A stretch of 24,000 bases of DNA from Nitrososphaerota archaeon (lineage in GTDB: Archaea; Thermoproteota; Nitrososphaeria_A; Caldarchaeales; Wolframiiraptoraceae): positions 1-24,000 of the forward strand of contig JAGGRY010000006.1 in the NCBI GenBank assembly GCA_021159365.1. The letters are read 5' to 3'. Both the position numbers and the translations under genes were made by a program. The notes under the pieces were generated by a model. The model saw nothing but the letters and a program-made list of their open reading frames with translations, made no database searches and was not told the origin of the DNA. Of this stretch, positions 7,673 to 15,450 are shown piece by piece. Numbering within the stretch: the first letter of the stretch is position 1; the number at the start of each line of letters is the position of its first letter.

Positions 7673-9187
7673 TTGAATTCCGGAATCTATCGTTCGAGGC
7701 TTGGGAAACCTCTGGATAAGGAAGCTGCAAAATTCCTGTCATCTATTAGAGATGATTCAGAAATCTTCTTAGAAGACATCTTAGGAGATGAGGCTCATTC
7801 GATAATGCTATATGAGCAGGGTATAATCGAACGCGAAGATCTCAAAAAGATCCTAAAAGCTCTTGAAGAAATCAAGGCTGAATGGCTGAGGGGGGAAATC
7901 AATCTTAAGGTAGATGGGTTTGAAGATGTCCATGAATTCATTGAGTCGCTTCTAATAGATAGAGTTGGTGTTGAGGTCGGGGGGAAACTTCACACGGGAA
8001 GGTCTAGAAATGATCAAGTCGCCCTCGACATAAGATTAAAGGTGAGGAAATATCTGCTTGAGATCTGGAATGAGCTTATCGATTTGATGGAGATCATCTT
8101 AACTAGAGCTGAGGAAGAAAAAGATACGCCACTAATATTATACACGCATCTCCAACATGCGCAAATCGGAAGCCTCTCCCACTACCTGCTGGCATTATTC
8201 GATCATCTGCTCAGAGATCTTGAGAGGATAGAGGATTGCTATAAGAGAGTGAATAAATCTCCACTCGGAGCTTCCGCCATAGGCGGCTCAATCCTCCCAT
8301 TAAACAGGGTTAGAGTCGCCGAGCTCCTCGGATTTGAGGGAGTTGTTGAGAATTCGATAGACGCTGTGAGCTCGAGGGATTTCGCGTTGGAATCGCTTTC
8401 AGCATCATCGATATTAATGACATTTTTGAGTAGGGTTTCAGAGGATCTCATAGTCTGGTCTTCAAGCGAGTTCGGGTATATTGAGCTTCCAGATGAACTT
8501 GCCTCTCCCTCAAGTATAATGCCCCATAAAAAGAATCCATGTTTACTTGAATTGATAAGAGCTAAGGCGGGAAAGATCTGTGGACTGCTTACAGCGTCTT
8601 TGATGGAACTTAAGGGAATTCCAATTGGATATAATCGGGATCTCCAGGAACAGAAATCACTGATTTTCCAAGGTTTAAAGGAGACCTTAGATATTCTCAA
8701 GATCTTCTCAAAGATCATGAAGGGCGTGGAGTTCAAGACTGAGAGAATGCTCGAGATCATATCCGGCAGCTATGCCCCAGCGATCGACTTAGCTGAAAAC
8801 TTAGTCAAATATCTACGGATATCGATTAGGGAAGCTCATATGATCGTCGGAGAGATTGTTAAGGAATTCGCGGAAAAGGGATTGAAGCTTAAAGACCTTA
8901 ATCAAGATACTATGAAGGATGTTGCGAGAAAGGTTTTGGGTAAAGAATTAGACATCCCGAACAACGTGCTCGAAATAATCCGAGATCCGTCAAAGATCCC
9001 ATCAAAGCGCGTAAGCATGGGAGCGCCGAATCCAAGAGATGTTTCAAGAATGATAGAAGATCGGAAGAATATCCTCAAAGAGAAAAAGAAGATCCTCAAA
9101 AATATTCTTAAAACGCTTGAAGAGAGAGAAGAAATGCTCTCAAAGACCATCAAATCATTTATAGAGGACGATTTAGCAAGTCACTAA
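7673..9187 (+). CDS. argH: Argininosuccinate lyase
   Basis: Fumarate-lyase family signatures GKLHTGRSRNDQV and SSIMPHKKNPCLLE. TTG start at 7673. The tail is K/E-rich. Confidence 0.9.
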   Translation: MNSGIYRSRLGKPLDKEAAKFLSSIRDDSEIFLEDILGDEAHSIMLYEQGIIEREDLKKILKALEEIKAEWLRGEINLKVDGFEDVHEFIESLLIDRVGVEVGGKLHTGRSRNDQVALDIRLKVRKYLLEIWNELIDLMEIILTRAEEEKDTPLILYTHLQHAQIGSLSHYLLALFDHLLRDLERIEDCYKRVNKSPLGASAIGGSILPLNRVRVAELLGFEGVVENSIDAVSSRDFALESLSASSILMTFLSRVSEDLIVWSSSEFGYIELPDELASPSSIMPHKKNPCLLELIRAKAGKICGLLTASLMELKGIPIGYNRDLQEQKSLIFQGLKETLDILKIFSKIMKGVEFKTERMLEIISGSYAPAIDLAENLVKYLRISIREAHMIVGEIVKEFAEKGLKLKDLNQDTMKDVARKVLGKELDIPNNVLEIIRDPSKIPSKRVSMGAPNPRDVSRMIEDRKNILKEKKKILKNILKTLEEREEMLSKTIKSFIEDDLASH

Positions 9188-9233
9188 CCAGGTAAAAATA
9201 TTCATCTTCAGGGAGGAAATGAGAAGGTTCCTA

Positions 9234-9337
9234 TGGGCCCGGTGGGATTCGAACCCACGACCTTCCGGTCTCTGCCAACCTTCCTAAAGGATCTTTGTTA
9301 TCAGCCGGACGCTCCAACCAGGCTGAGCTACGGGCCC
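9234..9337 (-). tRNA. tRNA-Ile(GAU) with a 29-nt intron at 37/38 (about 9270..9298); no encoded CCA
   Basis: Reverse complement folds as GGGCCCG/CGGGCCC acceptor, D arm GCUCAGCCUGGUUGGAGC and anticodon stem UCCGG/CCGGA with loop CUGAUAA. T arm is GUGGG-UUCGAAU-CCCAC. A BHB-like CUG/CAG helix with 3-nt bulges flanks the intron. Confidence 0.85.
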
Positions 9338-9362
9338 TATTGAATTTTCTCTATCTGCGGTC

Positions 9363-9372
9363 TTATATATTT
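9363..9372 (-). promoter_or_regulatory. TATA-like box (AAATATATAA) 26-35 nt upstream of tRNA-Ile
   Basis: A/T box at canonical spacing on the minus strand. Confidence 0.35.
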
Positions 9373-9461
9373 TGATCGCTTTAGGTTTCCCTCTTCCTGT
9401 TAATGTATATGGCCCCTCTTCAAAAGAGAGCGTTATTTAAGCAAACATTTTCAACCGGTTT

Positions 9462-10529
9462 TTACGGCATTATCTCAATGGTATTGTTATATTTTGGATA
9501 GATCAGCTGCTCTTCAGTTATTATCCCTTCATCCAAAAACTTCTCGATTATGGGCACCCTCTCTAAGATCAAATCTATAATGAATTTCGATACCTCACAG
9601 ATTGCTCGCATTCCCTCCTCTCCCCAAAGCCTCTCCATATGAGTGTAGAGGCATCTCCCTCCACATATCCTGAAATATCTGCAGGAGAGACATGGCTCGC
9701 CTATTGGAGGCTTATAGCTCTTAATCTTCTCCTTATCCACTTCTCCCAGCCGCCCGATATAGGCCCAAGACTCTCTCACCGCGATGGGGCATGCTATGAT
9801 CCTTCCATCGCTCACTATTGTGAAGGAATCAACTCCTGAGCCGCATGGAGGCTTAACTCCATCTCTTAAAATTCTCGTGAAGATTCCTTGAAAAGGCGCG
9901 ATTCCCTCCACAACTCCATATCTCATCTTTTCAATCCATTGATCTAGGAGCTTTTTGAGGCCAGGCTCGTAGCTTTCTCTAATCCAGCTCCAGAGATTAT
10001 GCCAAGGCTCAGCCCAGACGAAGCTGAGCTGCCAGTGAATATGATCGAATAGCTTGAGGTTTAGGAGGTGTTTTACATCTCGAAGTATTTCCGATTCCTC
10101 TGTGATCGTCATCCTTGCAACGAGGTCGCCTTCATATCCTATCTCCCTAAGCCATTTAACATTCCTGATCACGGTATCATATACGCCTCTTCCCCTGTTC
10201 AAGTCGGTGAGCCATCTAGGGCCATCAATGGACACCAAGATTACATCGAATCTTTTAATTAATTCAGGATCGAGTTTATCGAGGAGAATGCCATTTGTCT
10301 GGAGGATGTAATGAGAGGGATTCAGCTTAGCCATAACTTCTTCGATGAAGCCCATGTTTAGCAGGGGTTCACCGCCATAAAATGCTACATCGTCTTCTCT
10401 CCCAATAACCTTCTTCAAATCATCAATAGAATATTTAACCTCCCATGGAACCACATTTTCATCGAAGCTTCCTCCACAGTACTTGCAGCGTAGATTACAT
10501 TGTCCAGTAGTGTAGAGGATGAAGAGCAT
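9462..10529 (-). CDS. Radical SAM enzyme with C-terminal SPASM/twitch Cys cluster (archaeal putative peptide-modifying rSAM type)
   Basis: CX3CX2C sits at the extreme N-terminus (TGQCNLRCKYCGG), with the GGEPLL SAM-binding motif. The C-terminal region has PPCGSG...ACP...CLSCRYFRICGGRCLY. From memory it resembles the AF0577-like rSAM/SPASM family. Confidence 0.8.
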   Translation of the reverse strand: MLFILYTTGQCNLRCKYCGGSFDENVVPWEVKYSIDDLKKVIGREDDVAFYGGEPLLNMGFIEEVMAKLNPSHYILQTNGILLDKLDPELIKRFDVILVSIDGPRWLTDLNRGRGVYDTVIRNVKWLREIGYEGDLVARMTITEESEILRDVKHLLNLKLFDHIHWQLSFVWAEPWHNLWSWIRESYEPGLKKLLDQWIEKMRYGVVEGIAPFQGIFTRILRDGVKPPCGSGVDSFTIVSDGRIIACPIAVRESWAYIGRLGEVDKEKIKSYKPPIGEPCLSCRYFRICGGRCLYTHMERLWGEEGMRAICEVSKFIIDLILERVPIIEKFLDEGIITEEQLIYPKYNNTIEIMP

Positions 10530-10702
10530 CTCGATCCTCGATGCTTAAGCGTAGATAAATATGATATAATTTTATCGAGATTCATGAATTAGACCGCTCT
10601 CCAACGAAAGAGATAATCTATCTTGAGATTAGAAGTTAACTTTATTTGATCAAGTTTCGCGTTAAAATTTATATCTTTAAGGAGATGTTATTTGACTAGA
10701 TT

Positions 10703-12613
10703 ATGGCCACTAACATTCCTGTAGCTATTCTCGCTGCTGGAAAAGCAACTAGGCTGAAGCCTTACTCAGATCAAGCTCCCAAATTTATGATGGAGTTAGA
10801 GCCGGGTGTCACCATTCTCGACTTCATAATCGAGAGGGTCAAAAGCCTCGGCATCACCAAGATATTCATAGTCGCGAGACCTGAATATACTCAGACTCTT
10901 CGTGAGAAATTTGGAGATGAAGTTGAAATTTTGGAAACGGAATTGGAAACATTTGAGAACCTTTATAGCATGGGCTTGGCCGCGGAGAAGATCAAAGGTA
11001 AATTTCTGGTCTTGATGTCGGATCACATCTTTACACGTGACCTCCTAAAGACGGTTTTAAACAGAATAGATTCTGTAAAAGAAGCGTTTTTAGTTTGTTT
11101 GGATAGAGAGCCTAGCCTCGCCAGCGCCGAGGAGGGATTGAAGTTAAAGCTTGACGATATGGATCATGGAAAAGTAGTGGAAGTTGGTAAATCGTTAGCG
11201 CCCATCTATGGAATAGATACCGGAGTGATCTTCTGCAATAAGTCGGCTCGAAAATATATTCGGAAGGCTTTGAAGCAAAAAGGGCCGAATGCCAAGATAA
11301 AAGACGCATTAAACCTCGCCGCTGCTGATGGTCAGGTAGGCTTTGTAGATGTGACAGGCTTTCTTTGGAAAGATGTGGATACACTTCAGGACTTGGAGAA
11401 GGCTCGTGACCTCTATTGGAGAATCCTAAAGGAGGAACTCGTTAGACCCACCGATGGTATAATATCAAGATACCTGAATAGGCCTATTTCCTCGACATTC
11501 TCCCTCATGCTCTACAGGAAAAGACTATTCATAAGTCCCAACATAATCTCGGCATTATCCTTCCTCATAGCCTTGGCCGGGAGCATCTTCCTCGCTATTC
11601 GATGGTTTCTCATCGGAGGAATACTTGTCCAAGCCTCATCGATAATTGATGGAATGGATGGCGAATTGGCCAGACTCTTTAAGAGAACTTCAAAGTTTGG
11701 AGGTCTACTAGATTCCCTTCTCGACAGATTGGCTGATCTGTCAATAATCTTAGGTCTAGCATTAGCTTTATGGCCTCTAAACGTATTCACAGCCTTGACA
11801 GTCATCCTCGCGTCAGCCAACACGATTCTCGTGAGCTATGTAACCCACCTCTTAAAGTCAGCAAGAATAGATCCAGATGCAATTCGAAGTATTCCAGTTA
11901 CACGCGATGTCAGGCTCTTCGTGATCTTCTTAATGGCTATACTGGGCTTTCCTGAGCTAGCTCTATACTACATAGCCTTCGCGCCATTCGCATATTACAT
12001 TGCGGGCATATATATTGCAAGAAAAGCGATAATGGAAGATCTTCAACCCTCGGTGAAGACCACGGGAGCTCCATGGCCGGAGATCCCATTAGAGAAGAAT
12101 ATTGTAAAGCAAACCCTTTCAGAATTGGTGGGAAAGCTGCTAAGATTGATCATAGCTTTATTGATTCTAAGGCTTGTTGAACCAATTCTATCGGGCTTCA
12201 CCCTGATAAGCTTAGAAGATGCTGCGCTCACGTCAAGCGATGTATTCATAGTCATTGAGACGAGCTTAATAATTTACTTCGGATACGCGATCTTATTGTC
12301 AATCAAGAAGTTAGCCGACGTCGTTGCCGTGAGACTTGCTACTAGAGTTGGAGTGACTAAGGAGACTTTTAAGAGACTATTCATAGACATCATATATGCT
12401 ATTCTAAGCTTAATAGTCTGGATTTATGCCGCCGGCCTCGCGAGGATTTCACTGATAGGAGACGTGCTTTCCAAGATAGTGATGACCGTGGCCGCCGTCT
12501 TCTTCTTCATAACTCTCTATAGGATTGGTAAGAGGACATATCACGTCTTTGCGAGCATTTATGATAAATTGATCGAGAGATTGGCTAAGAAATTGAGCCA
12601 TCCCACGCCATAA
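10703..12613 (+). CDS. Bifunctional CTP:inositol-1-phosphate cytidylyltransferase / di-myo-inositol-phosphate-phosphate synthase (IPCT/DIPPS) with an extra C-terminal membrane module
   Basis: N-terminal nucleotidyltransferase motif AILAAGKATRLKP. Complete CDP-alcohol phosphatidyltransferase motif DGMDGELARLFKRTSKFGGLLDSLLDRLAD. It is adjacent to the inositol-1-phosphate synthase. Residues ~444-636 are additional hydrophobic segments. Confidence 0.8.
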   Translation: MATNIPVAILAAGKATRLKPYSDQAPKFMMELEPGVTILDFIIERVKSLGITKIFIVARPEYTQTLREKFGDEVEILETELETFENLYSMGLAAEKIKGKFLVLMSDHIFTRDLLKTVLNRIDSVKEAFLVCLDREPSLASAEEGLKLKLDDMDHGKVVEVGKSLAPIYGIDTGVIFCNKSARKYIRKALKQKGPNAKIKDALNLAAADGQVGFVDVTGFLWKDVDTLQDLEKARDLYWRILKEELVRPTDGIISRYLNRPISSTFSLMLYRKRLFISPNIISALSFLIALAGSIFLAIRWFLIGGILVQASSIIDGMDGELARLFKRTSKFGGLLDSLLDRLADLSIILGLALALWPLNVFTALTVILASANTILVSYVTHLLKSARIDPDAIRSIPVTRDVRLFVIFLMAILGFPELALYYIAFAPFAYYIAGIYIARKAIMEDLQPSVKTTGAPWPEIPLEKNIVKQTLSELVGKLLRLIIALLILRLVEPILSGFTLISLEDAALTSSDVFIVIETSLIIYFGYAILLSIKKLADVVAVRLATRVGVTKETFKRLFIDIIYAILSLIVWIYAAGLARISLIGDVLSKIVMTVAAVFFFITLYRIGKRTYHVFASIYDKLIERLAKKLSHPTP

Positions 12614-12712
12614 CATTCAAATCAATAGAATACATTCTAGCTCAATTATGTGAAGAGGATGTTAGCAGGTTATCGGCGGAACATCTCTGCAACTTAGATT
12701 GCCGCTCAAAGG

Positions 12713-13792
12713 TTATCTTTCCCTGTTGCCTTGAATGAATTCTTCAACCATGCGTCTAGCAACGTCGTCTGGATATTGTATTGGTGGGCTCTTCATGAAA
12801 TAGGCTGAAGGACTTATCAACACTCCTCCTACTCCTCGATCCTTTCCTATCTTCGCGCATCTCAATGCGTCAATCACAACTCCAGCGGAGTTCGGGCTAT
12901 CCCATACTTCCAGCTTAGCCTCGACAGTTAGTGGACAGCCTCCAAAGGCCGTTCCCTCGACCCTAATGTAAGCCCACTTCCTGTCCTTTAGCCATGGAAC
13001 ATAGTCGCTCGGCCCTATGTGCATGTTCTCCTCGCCGATGTCATAGGGTATCAGACTTGTGACCGCCGTGGTCTTCGAGATCTTCTTAGACGTCAATCTC
13101 TCACGTTCAAGCATGTTCAGGAAGTCCGTGTTTCCTCCAAAGTTAAGCTGATAGCTTCTCTCAATCTTAACGCCTCTATCAACGAACAATTTGACCAAGG
13201 TTCTATGGAGAATCGTCGCTCCAACCTGGCTCTTGACGTCGTCTCCGACTAAGGGGACTCCGCGCTTCTCGAAGATTTCCTGCCATCGAGGTTCTCTCGC
13301 TATGAAGACGGGGATCCCATTAACTAGCGCCGCTCCAGCTTCCAGCACCTGCTCCACATACCACTTCGTCGCCGACTCGCTTCCAACAGGCAAGAAGTTT
13401 ATCACAACATCTGCGCCCGTACTCTTCAAGACATCAGCGACATCAACAGTCGGCGAGGGATGCTTCTCGATTACTCCATGCAGATATTTTCCGATGCTGT
13501 CATGGGTCATCCCCCTCATCACCTCGACGCCGAGCTTCGGCACATCAGCAAATTTCCTGGTGCAGTTTGGCGGGGCAAAGATCGCCTCAGAAAGATCTTT
13601 ACCCACCTTATTCTTGTCGACGTCGAAGGCGGCGACGAACTCTATATCGCTGATGTGGTATGGGCCAAGCCTCACATGCATTAACCCGGGTACCGTCTCA
13701 TTCTCATCGGCGTCTCTATAGTAATAGACTCCTTGAACCAACGCTGAAGCGCAGTTCCCAACCCCTATAATCGCAACTTTTACCTTGGACAT
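12713..13792 (-). CDS. myo-Inositol-1-phosphate (inositol-3-phosphate) synthase
   Basis: The N-terminus [22 protein letters not shown] closely matches the short prokaryotic MIPS type (as in actinobacterial Ino1). The length (359 aa) and the DIP-synthesis context also fit. Confidence 0.9.
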   Translation of the reverse strand: MSKVKVAIIGVGNCASALVQGVYYYRDADENETVPGLMHVRLGPYHISDIEFVAAFDVDKNKVGKDLSEAIFAPPNCTRKFADVPKLGVEVMRGMTHDSIGKYLHGVIEKHPSPTVDVADVLKSTGADVVINFLPVGSESATKWYVEQVLEAGAALVNGIPVFIAREPRWQEIFEKRGVPLVGDDVKSQVGATILHRTLVKLFVDRGVKIERSYQLNFGGNTDFLNMLERERLTSKKISKTTAVTSLIPYDIGEENMHIGPSDYVPWLKDRKWAYIRVEGTAFGGCPLTVEAKLEVWDSPNSAGVVIDALRCAKIGKDRGVGGVLISPSAYFMKSPPIQYPDDVARRMVEEFIQGNRER

Positions 13793-13822
13793 ACCAATCT
13801 TTATTCATCTTGCTTAGTATTA

Positions 13823-13846
13823 ACTATTTCACATCCATAAAATAGT
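13823..13846. promoter_or_regulatory. Candidate operator: perfect inverted repeat ACTATTT-N10-AAATAGT overlapping the MIPS promoter
   Basis: Arms at 13823-13829 and 13840-13846, extending to 9-bp arms with one mismatch. It lies 31-54 nt upstream of the MIPS ATG (13792), abutting a TTAATACT TATA-like box and immediately downstream of the PadR gene. Confidence 0.35.
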
Positions 13847-13860
13847 CAACTCATTAAAAA

Positions 13861-14229
13861 TCAAAGCTCCTGATACAGCTTTCTTAAAAATCTCTTCGCT
13901 TTTTCTAAAGCTTTTTCACCTTCTGGAGTTATTATATAATATTTTCTCTGGGGGCCTCCGCTATTCCCAGGAATAGTCTTGGTCGTGATGAGGCCTTCAG
14001 ATTTAAGTTTATAAAGCACCATGTAACAGGTCACCTTCCCCGGCTTAAATCCAAAATTCTTCCCTATCTTCTCTCCGATTTCATATCCATAGAGCGGCTC
14101 CTTCTTCAAGATGCTCATCACATATAGCCATAGGTTTTCTATCGTTAATTTTCGCACCAGCCTCTGATAGGCGGTGCCCATCTCGCACCCTACTCCAACA
14201 TCTGATCCCTCAAGCCAAGATAATAACAT
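13861..14229 (-). CDS. PadR-family winged-helix transcriptional regulator
   Basis: LWLYVMSILKKEPLYGYEIGEKIGKNFGFKPGKVTCYMVLYKLKSEGLITTK...RKYYIITPEGEKAL is the classic PadR pattern. The true start may be the internal Met at 14181 (MGTAYQ). Confidence 0.8.
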   Translation of the reverse strand: MLLSWLEGSDVGVGCEMGTAYQRLVRKLTIENLWLYVMSILKKEPLYGYEIGEKIGKNFGFKPGKVTCYMVLYKLKSEGLITTKTIPGNSGGPQRKYYIITPEGEKALEKAKRFLRKLYQEL

Positions 14230-14320
14230 TTCCTCGACCCTAACTGGAAAGTGTTCTCAGTCCGATGGCTCTCGAAGAATCGTTCGACGGCGATAAGCGT
14301 CTCGGCTTTTGCGTATTATG

Positions 14321-15139
14321 TTACTTGGTCTTTTTCCTGACTATGAATTTGCAGGTCTCGGAGCCCATGGCCACGCACTCCCTCTCCTCAACATCCCACT
14401 CTCCTCCAATCACCTTCTTCAAGAATCCCTCGATTAACCCCCTAGTTAGATGGCATTGCGGGGACGTGTATCTCTTCTTGAGCGCTTTAGCCTCCCACCC
14501 ATCCAAAACTTCTAAAACAATCTTATCATCTAATATCTCAAACCTATCCAGCACGTTGTAACCGAAGGCTCTCCCATAATGGAATAGCACTCTCAAGGCG
14601 TTAATAGGATCATCCTTATACCTTTCTAGGATGTCTTTCAAAAGCTCGGCGAGACTCGCTCCCGCCTGGACTCCAAGCTGATAAAGGAATATCTGGGTTA
14701 ACGCGGGTTTAAATCTCATCCTCATTTCCTCGAACAAATTTCCATAAAGTATCTCGGGCATTATCACCGCCCTCCTACCGTTGCAGATTATCGGGAAGAA
14801 TAGGTTTATCGCAACCCTCCGATCTAGAGGCTCTATTATCTGAACCTCCTTACATATTCCAAGCTCCTCTATCTTTCTAGCGATGACCTCCTCGACCCCC
14901 TCAGGACATTCAAAGATGAAGGCCATATCAACTATTCGGCCCAAGGGGTTGGATGGAGGCATCAGCCTAGGCCTCCCACCGCAACCACGAATCACTTGAA
15001 GAACTTTCCTAACATTATCAGGCTCATAGATCATATCTCTCAACAAAATCATCTTAAAATTCACATTCGGGTCGAAGATCATATTATAACAGATGAGAGG
15101 CTTAGTATGCCTTAGCTCATCCGCAGAAACCCGAATCAC
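14321..15139 (-). CDS. V4R (4-vinyl reductase-like) small-molecule-binding domain protein with an uncharacterised N-terminal domain
   Basis: The C-terminal region SPQCHLTRGLIEGFLKKVIGGEWDVEERECVAMGSETCKFIV matches the V4R signature with its three conserved Cys. GTG start at 15139. I do not recognise the N-terminal ~130 aa. Confidence 0.6.
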   Translation of the reverse strand: MIRVSADELRHTKPLICYNMIFDPNVNFKMILLRDMIYEPDNVRKVLQVIRGCGGRPRLMPPSNPLGRIVDMAFIFECPEGVEEVIARKIEELGICKEVQIIEPLDRRVAINLFFPIICNGRRAVIMPEILYGNLFEEMRMRFKPALTQIFLYQLGVQAGASLAELLKDILERYKDDPINALRVLFHYGRAFGYNVLDRFEILDDKIVLEVLDGWEAKALKKRYTSPQCHLTRGLIEGFLKKVIGGEWDVEERECVAMGSETCKFIVRKKTK

Positions 15140-15239
15140 CTATCCCACAGTCAGTAGATACTTTCCTTTGGGTAAATAAACATTTTCATGCCATGGGTTG
15201 GCGGGAGGATAAACTCTACCCTCTTATCATATATAGGTT

Positions 15240-15336
15240 CGCCGGCGGGAGGATTTGAACCTCCGACCGACGGGTTACTGTAGGTCTCCATAATTCTTTA
15301 ACAGCCCGCCGCTCTCCCAGACTGAGCTACGCCGGC
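15240..15336 (-). tRNA. tRNA-Asn(GUU) with a 23-nt intron at 37/38; discriminator G; no encoded CCA
   Basis: GCCGGCG/CGCCGGC acceptor, anticodon stem GCGGG/CCCGU and T arm GGAGG-UUCAAAU-CCUCC. The BHB is textbook: CUGU/ACAG 4-bp helix flanked by two UAA bulges, giving the mature loop CUGUUAA. Confidence 0.85.
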
Positions 15337-15358
15337 TATAGTTATGTTCGCTATCGGG

Positions 15359-15367
15359 ATTATAAAA
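15359..15367 (-). promoter_or_regulatory. TATA-like box (TTTTATAAT) 23-31 nt upstream of tRNA-Asn
   Basis: A/T box at canonical spacing on the minus strand. Confidence 0.4.
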
Positions 15368-15450
15368 CCATTATGGGATTTTTCATCTTCAATGAAAAAT
15401 CAATCTCAATTAATCGGAGTCTTCAGTCAAAGGGCTAAAATATGGAAATT

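Noticed and set aside
8239-9153. 173-aa and 83-aa minus-strand ORFs inside argH
   Set aside because: They are shadow ORFs opposite a strongly supported argininosuccinate lyase, with no motifs.
9040-9187. Repetitive K/E/L-rich tail of ArgH (NILKEKKKILKNILKTLEEREE) as a separate element or repeat
   Set aside because: It is in frame and contiguous with the lyase. C-terminal helices of variable length are common in this family, and there is no nucleotide-level tandem repeat beyond short codon reuse.
10415-10585. ~56-codon minus-strand ORF starting upstream of the radical SAM gene, considered as a possible precursor peptide
   Set aside because: It runs out of frame through the first ~115 nt of the radical SAM CDS, including its Fe-S motif codons. 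It has no leader/core-like features and no separate promoter spacing.
13019-13721. Three + strand ORFs (77, 176 and 74 aa) inside the MIPS gene
   Set aside because: They are antisense to a CDS with unmistakable inositol-phosphate synthase motifs. They are Ser/Thr/Pro-rich low-complexity translations with no recognisable motifs, as expected for shadow ORFs.
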